DNA from: Gemmatimonadaceae bacterium
Lineage (GTDB): Bacteria; Gemmatimonadota; Gemmatimonadetes; Gemmatimonadales; Gemmatimonadaceae
Length of the DNA: 53,114 nt
NCBI GenBank assembly: GCA_044224875.1
Contig: JBGAJQ010000035.1
Location: forward strand, 1-53,114
Reading direction: 5' to 3'
Shown piece by piece: positions 49,633 through 53,114 of the stretch (its first letter is position 1; the number at the start of each line of letters is the position of its first letter). The translations under genes were made by a program, and so were the position numbers. Below the pieces are notes generated by a model. It saw only the letters and a list, made by a program, of their open reading frames with translations, searched no databases and was not told the DNA's origin.

Positions 49633-49774
49633 GCGGCGGTGCGCCGCAGTGTCACCACACGCCGGCTGTCGGCGGCAGCTCGACCGCACAAACATCGCGA
49701 GCTCTGTCGTGTTGGCAGCAACCGCGCTCGCGGTAGTCGAGCTGCAGCGCGCCGGCCCGTCAGGCCACGGAGCC

Positions 49775-51175
49775 TTAGGGCACCACCGGCTTCATGTCTC
49801 CCAACTGCTTGTCGATGATCTTGCGGTCGCCGACGATGGCCATCGACAGCTTGGCGGGATCGATGTATTTCTGCGCCGTGGCGCGGACATCCTCCGGCGT
49901 GACCGCCATGACGTTCTTCACATAGTTCGCCAGGTACGCGTCGCCCAGACCGTGCAGCTCGGTGAACTCCAGCTGGCCGATCACGCCCGCACGCGAGCTG
50001 TTCTGGATGGTGAAGATGCCCGCCAGGTTGTTCTTGATGCCCGTCAGCTCAGCCTCGCTGGCCGGTTCGGTCCGGAGGCGGTTGATCTCCTTCATGATCT
50101 CCGTGAGCGAGGGGCCGGTGACGTTCGAGGTGACATCGGCGACCTCCACCCAGAGGGATGCGCCCTTGCGGGTCCAGAGAAAGGAGTAGGGCGAATAGGT
50201 ATAGCCCTTGTCCTCGCGAATGTTTGTGGTGATGCGTGAACCGAACGCGCCGCCTAACAGCGCATCGGTCACGTTCATCTTGGTCCAGTCCGCACTCGAG
50301 GGATCTGCGACGGGCAAGCCCATCCAGATCGAACTCTGTACGGACTTCGGCCGATCGATGACCGCGATCTGACGTCGGGCGGCCGGCACCGGTGGCTTCA
50401 CGGTGGGGGCCGAACCAGCGGGCCAGGACTCGAACGCGGCACGGGCGGCCCGCTCCATCGCCTCGGCGTTGAAGATGCCGCTCACATACAGGTGCGCGCG
50501 CGCCGCGCCGACATTGGCGGCATAGAACGCGCGAATGCGTGGCGCGGTGAACCCGCGCAACATCGCCTCGGTGGGGAAGACGTGCGCAAACGGATGGGCG
50601 CCAAACATCATCTCGCGAAACGCCTCCTGAGCCTGGGTGCCCGGCTGGGCGAGCGCCATCGCGTTGTCACGCGCGTGCCGGTCGATCACCTTCGTCAGGT
50701 CCGCCGGGTCAAACTTTGGGTGTTGCGCGACATCGGCCAGCAACGCCACAAAGCGTGGCCCGTAGTCACTCAGCACCTCGCCGCTCAGGGAGATGGCCTC
50801 TGCTCCCGACTGCACACCTAGCGCGCCGCCCATGTCGGCGGCCTCGCCCGACACCTGTTGTGAGGTCCGGGTGGTTGTCCCCTCCAGGAGCAAGTCGCCC
50901 ATCACCGCGGACAACGATACGTCGTTCGGGCCCTCGTCAATCACGCCTGTTCGTATCGACAGCTCAATCGCCGTCTTCGGAACGCGACCGTACGGAATGA
51001 GTGTCACCTTCATGCCGTTGGCCAGCTGGATGGTCCGGTGCGCCGGCATCCGGAAGTCCTTGGGCGTTCCGGGGGCTGGTGGCGTCTCCTTCTGTGCCGC
51101 CAGTGTGCCGGGAAGAAGGACAATGGCTACCAGTCGTCGGCTGAGTCGCAAGGTGTTGCGCATGGAAGTCGTCAT
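49775..51175 (-). CDS. M16 peptidase non-catalytic subunit
   Basis: LANGMKV, no HXXEH, LGGAFGSRITTNIREDKGYTY; TGATG 1-nt overlap with the upstream gene. Confidence 0.9.
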   Translation of the reverse strand: MTTSMRNTLRLSRRLVAIVLLPGTLAAQKETPPAPGTPKDFRMPAHRTIQLANGMKVTLIPYGRVPKTAIELSIRTGVIDEGPNDVSLSAVMGDLLLEGTTTRTSQQVSGEAADMGGALGVQSGAEAISLSGEVLSDYGPRFVALLADVAQHPKFDPADLTKVIDRHARDNAMALAQPGTQAQEAFREMMFGAHPFAHVFPTEAMLRGFTAPRIRAFYAANVGAARAHLYVSGIFNAEAMERAARAAFESWPAGSAPTVKPPVPAARRQIAVIDRPKSVQSSIWMGLPVADPSSADWTKMNVTDALLGGAFGSRITTNIREDKGYTYSPYSFLWTRKGASLWVEVADVTSNVTGPSLTEIMKEINRLRTEPASEAELTGIKNNLAGIFTIQNSSRAGVIGQLEFTELHGLGDAYLANYVKNVMAVTPEDVRATAQKYIDPAKLSMAIVGDRKIIDKQLGDMKPVVP

Positions 51176-52593
51176 CAGTTGGTACCCGCTGCCGGCGCAT
51201 CCTTCGCGCCGGGCACAATGGTGTACACGGTGCGGTTCTCGCGTCGCAGATACTCGCTGGCCGTGCGCTGGATGAGCGCTGGTGTCACCTTCGCGAATTC
51301 GTCCTCCAGCCGGTTGAATCTGGCGGGGTCGTTGTCGAACAGCGCGAAGGAGGCCAGCAGGTCCAACTTCCCGAGTCCGGAAAACTCGTCCACGATCCCG
51401 TACAACGACGAACGCATCTTGGTCCGGGCGCGTGCCAGCGTGGCCGAATCGACGGGCGCCGAGCGTAGCGCTTCGATCTCGCGATCCATGACCGTCAGCA
51501 GGGAATCGGGGCGCTTATCCCGGTCGTGATACACAGACACCATCCAGAGCATGGGTCCTTCATAGTTGAACATGTTGCCCAGGCCCCAGTTGATGCCGGC
51601 CTGCACATCACTCGTCAGGGCCGTCTGCTGCACCAGGGCGTCGTAGAGTCGCGAATCGCGGCCCTGACCCAGGATCTGGTCGATCAGCCCCATGGCGAAC
51701 CACTCCGGCGTCCACCGCTCTGGCATGTGGTACGCCACGCCAAGCGCTGGGCGATTGGCCAGTGCGTCCGTGCGGTTGCCGCGGCGCTCGCTGGTCTGTC
51801 GCGGCTCGGCGATGTCAGGCTTGGCCGCAGCCTCCACTTTCGGAATGGGGGCGAAATATTTCTCCACCCATTGCTTCGCCTGCGCGGGATTGAAGTCGCC
51901 GACGATGGCCAGGACGGCATTGTTCGGTGCGTAGTAGGTCTTGAAGAAGTTGGACGCATCCTGCAGGGTGGCCGCATCCAGCTCTTTCAGGTCACCATAG
52001 AAATTGTGCGCGTTGAACCAGTTGACATTGGCCGCCATCGGCAGGTCGATCCACGGGAACGAGCCGTACGGTTGGTTCAAGACGTTCACGCGCACCTCGT
52101 TCTTCACCACCTCCTGCTGGTTCTTCAAGCTGGCGGTATCGATCGCCAAGCCGCGCATCCGGTCGGCCTCGGCCCAGAGGATCGGCTCCAGGGTGTGGGC
52201 GGGCACCAACTGGTAGTAGTTGGTGAAGTCGAACCGAGTCGATCCGTTCAGGATGCCGCCGTTGGACTCCACGAGCTTGATGAACTCCATCTTCCCCATG
52301 TTCTGCGAGCCCTGGAACATGAGGTGCTCGAAGAGATGCGCGAATCCTGTGCGATCTCGGGGCTCGTTTCGGAATCCGATGTGATAGTACACGCCCACGC
52401 CCACCGTCGGGGCCGTGGTATCCCGGGACATCACCACGCGCAGGCCGTTCGGCAGCGTGTAGTAGTCAATCGGAACGCTCAGGTGGTCGGTCCCTGTGGC
52501 GGAGGAGGAACCGGAGTCACACGCTGCAACTAACGACAGCGCCAACAGGGTGGCGGGAACTCGGATTCGTGGTACCAGGGTTCGGAAAGACAT
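51175..52593 (-). CDS. M16 zinc peptidase catalytic subunit, lipoprotein
   Basis: VAAC lipobox after ATG 52593, LPNGLRV, GFAHLFEHLMFQGS, NGST..TNYY, VKNE, YYAPNNA. Confidence 0.93.
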   Translation of the reverse strand: MSFRTLVPRIRVPATLLALSLVAACDSGSSSATGTDHLSVPIDYYTLPNGLRVVMSRDTTAPTVGVGVYYHIGFRNEPRDRTGFAHLFEHLMFQGSQNMGKMEFIKLVESNGGILNGSTRFDFTNYYQLVPAHTLEPILWAEADRMRGLAIDTASLKNQQEVVKNEVRVNVLNQPYGSFPWIDLPMAANVNWFNAHNFYGDLKELDAATLQDASNFFKTYYAPNNAVLAIVGDFNPAQAKQWVEKYFAPIPKVEAAAKPDIAEPRQTSERRGNRTDALANRPALGVAYHMPERWTPEWFAMGLIDQILGQGRDSRLYDALVQQTALTSDVQAGINWGLGNMFNYEGPMLWMVSVYHDRDKRPDSLLTVMDREIEALRSAPVDSATLARARTKMRSSLYGIVDEFSGLGKLDLLASFALFDNDPARFNRLEDEFAKVTPALIQRTASEYLRRENRTVYTIVPGAKDAPAAGTN

Positions 52594-52793
52594 GGGCAGG
52601 TCGATGGCGTTCGGCGGCGTAGAATGGAGAGGCCACTCGGCTTGCAGGCGACACGTGCTGAGTGAAAGGGGCCCCGCCGACAGACTGCAACACTGCAGAC
52701 GGGGAGGTGCTTTTGGGAAGGATACGCTGCGGCGGCCGCGAGTTCTCATCGTCTGGCGTGAGCCGCACGTACACGTGATAAGGCCCGAGAGAT

Positions 52794-52826
52794 GCGCCCT
52801 GACGCGCGATAGGTGCGTCAGGGCGC
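52794..52826. terminator. Strong hairpin, likely terminator of the upstream minus-strand gene
   Basis: GCGCCCTGACGC-N9-GCGTCAGGGCGC, perfect 12-bp stem. Confidence 0.6.
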
Positions 52827-52891
52827 GTTTAAGGACAGACCCCTCTAGCGAAGATGCCGATTCGCCCGATCGCCGTACGTATTCGTGACCG

Positions 52892-53114
52892 TCACCGTCT
52901 TGGAGTGCCATTTCCGACGTTATTGAGTGTGCTGGCGCTGTTGGGTTGTGCGTCCGCGCCCGCTGTATCCGTGCGCGGAGTTTCCGGGACAAGTGCTCGT
53001 CCCGCAGACCCGTGGGTACCGGCGCCGCGTTCTGCAGACCCCGTTCCGCCAGCGCCACGGAAGTGGCTGCCTTCGGACTCAACCGCGCGCGGTGTCCAGT
53101 CCGCCTCCATGTCA
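52892..53114 (-). CDS. Probable low-complexity C-terminus of a gene extending beyond the window
   Basis: Frame is open to the window edge (..DMEADWTPRAVESEG..GTPRR*) and followed by a hairpin; no family recognisable. Confidence 0.35.
   Translation of the reverse strand, partial: DMEADWTPRAVESEGSHFRGAGGTGSAERGAGTHGSAGRALVPETPRTDTAGADAQPNSASTLNNVGNGTPRR

Larger units (their letters stand above)
46..49633. repeat. Dispersed short motif CGTTAGG/CCTAACG (consensus KCGTTAGGY), 38 copies by hand count
   Basis: 23 copies as CGTTAGG and 15 as CCTAACG on the + strand; positions listed in the first finding. Confidence 0.85.

Noticed and set aside
46..49633. TTAGG as telomeric repeat or CRISPR repeat
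   Set aside because: Copies are single, 7-9 nt and irregularly spaced; no tandem array or repeat-spacer pattern
46..50259. GTTAGGC/GCCTAAC as integron attC cores
   Set aside because: Most copies are inside genes, no RYYYAAC..GTTRRRY pair at attC spacing was seen (near pairs 17314/17447 and 33397/33469 are in the wrong order), and there is no integrase in the window
52594..53082. 163-codon N-terminal extension of the M16 peptidase ORF
   Set aside because: The lipoprotein signal begins at ATG 52593; the extension crosses a strong hairpin and looks non-coding

Overview
GC-rich (roughly 65% by eye) bacterial chromosomal segment with about 40 densely packed genes. Lipoprotein style and gene content suggest Gemmatimonadota (inference). 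No rRNA, tRNA, CRISPR array, transposase or phage gene is visible. Contents in order: propeller-sensor hybrid kinase and REC-HD-GYP regulator; beta-barrel; nitroreductase; GH30; GH29; LTA-synthase-like sulfatase; a PQQ dehydrogenase with the lanthanide-type DYD motif (XoxF-like) plus cytochrome c; ROK kinase; His-rich exported protein; PhoX-like propeller; TetR-TolC-MFP-RND with a duplicated operator; M28 peptidase; DEAD-box helicase; Hsp20; OYE; MgtC/DUF4010; Zn-ribbon-SH3 protein; YncE-phosphoesterase; fucose-isomerase-like enzyme with a fused sugar ABC transporter; GH10; lactate permease; M16 peptidase pair. The most striking signal not explained by the genes is a non-palindromic word, KCGTTAGGY. 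Its core CGTTAGG occurs 38 times by hand count on both strands, mostly inside genes, where it imposes rare TTA/CTA codons in several reading frames. This points to an uncharacterised genome-wide DNA-level signal. Second is a possible lanthanide-linked island: XoxF-like enzyme, PhoX-like protein with Cys replaced by Asp, and a His-rich protein. All product calls come from recognising motifs by eye; no searches were run.
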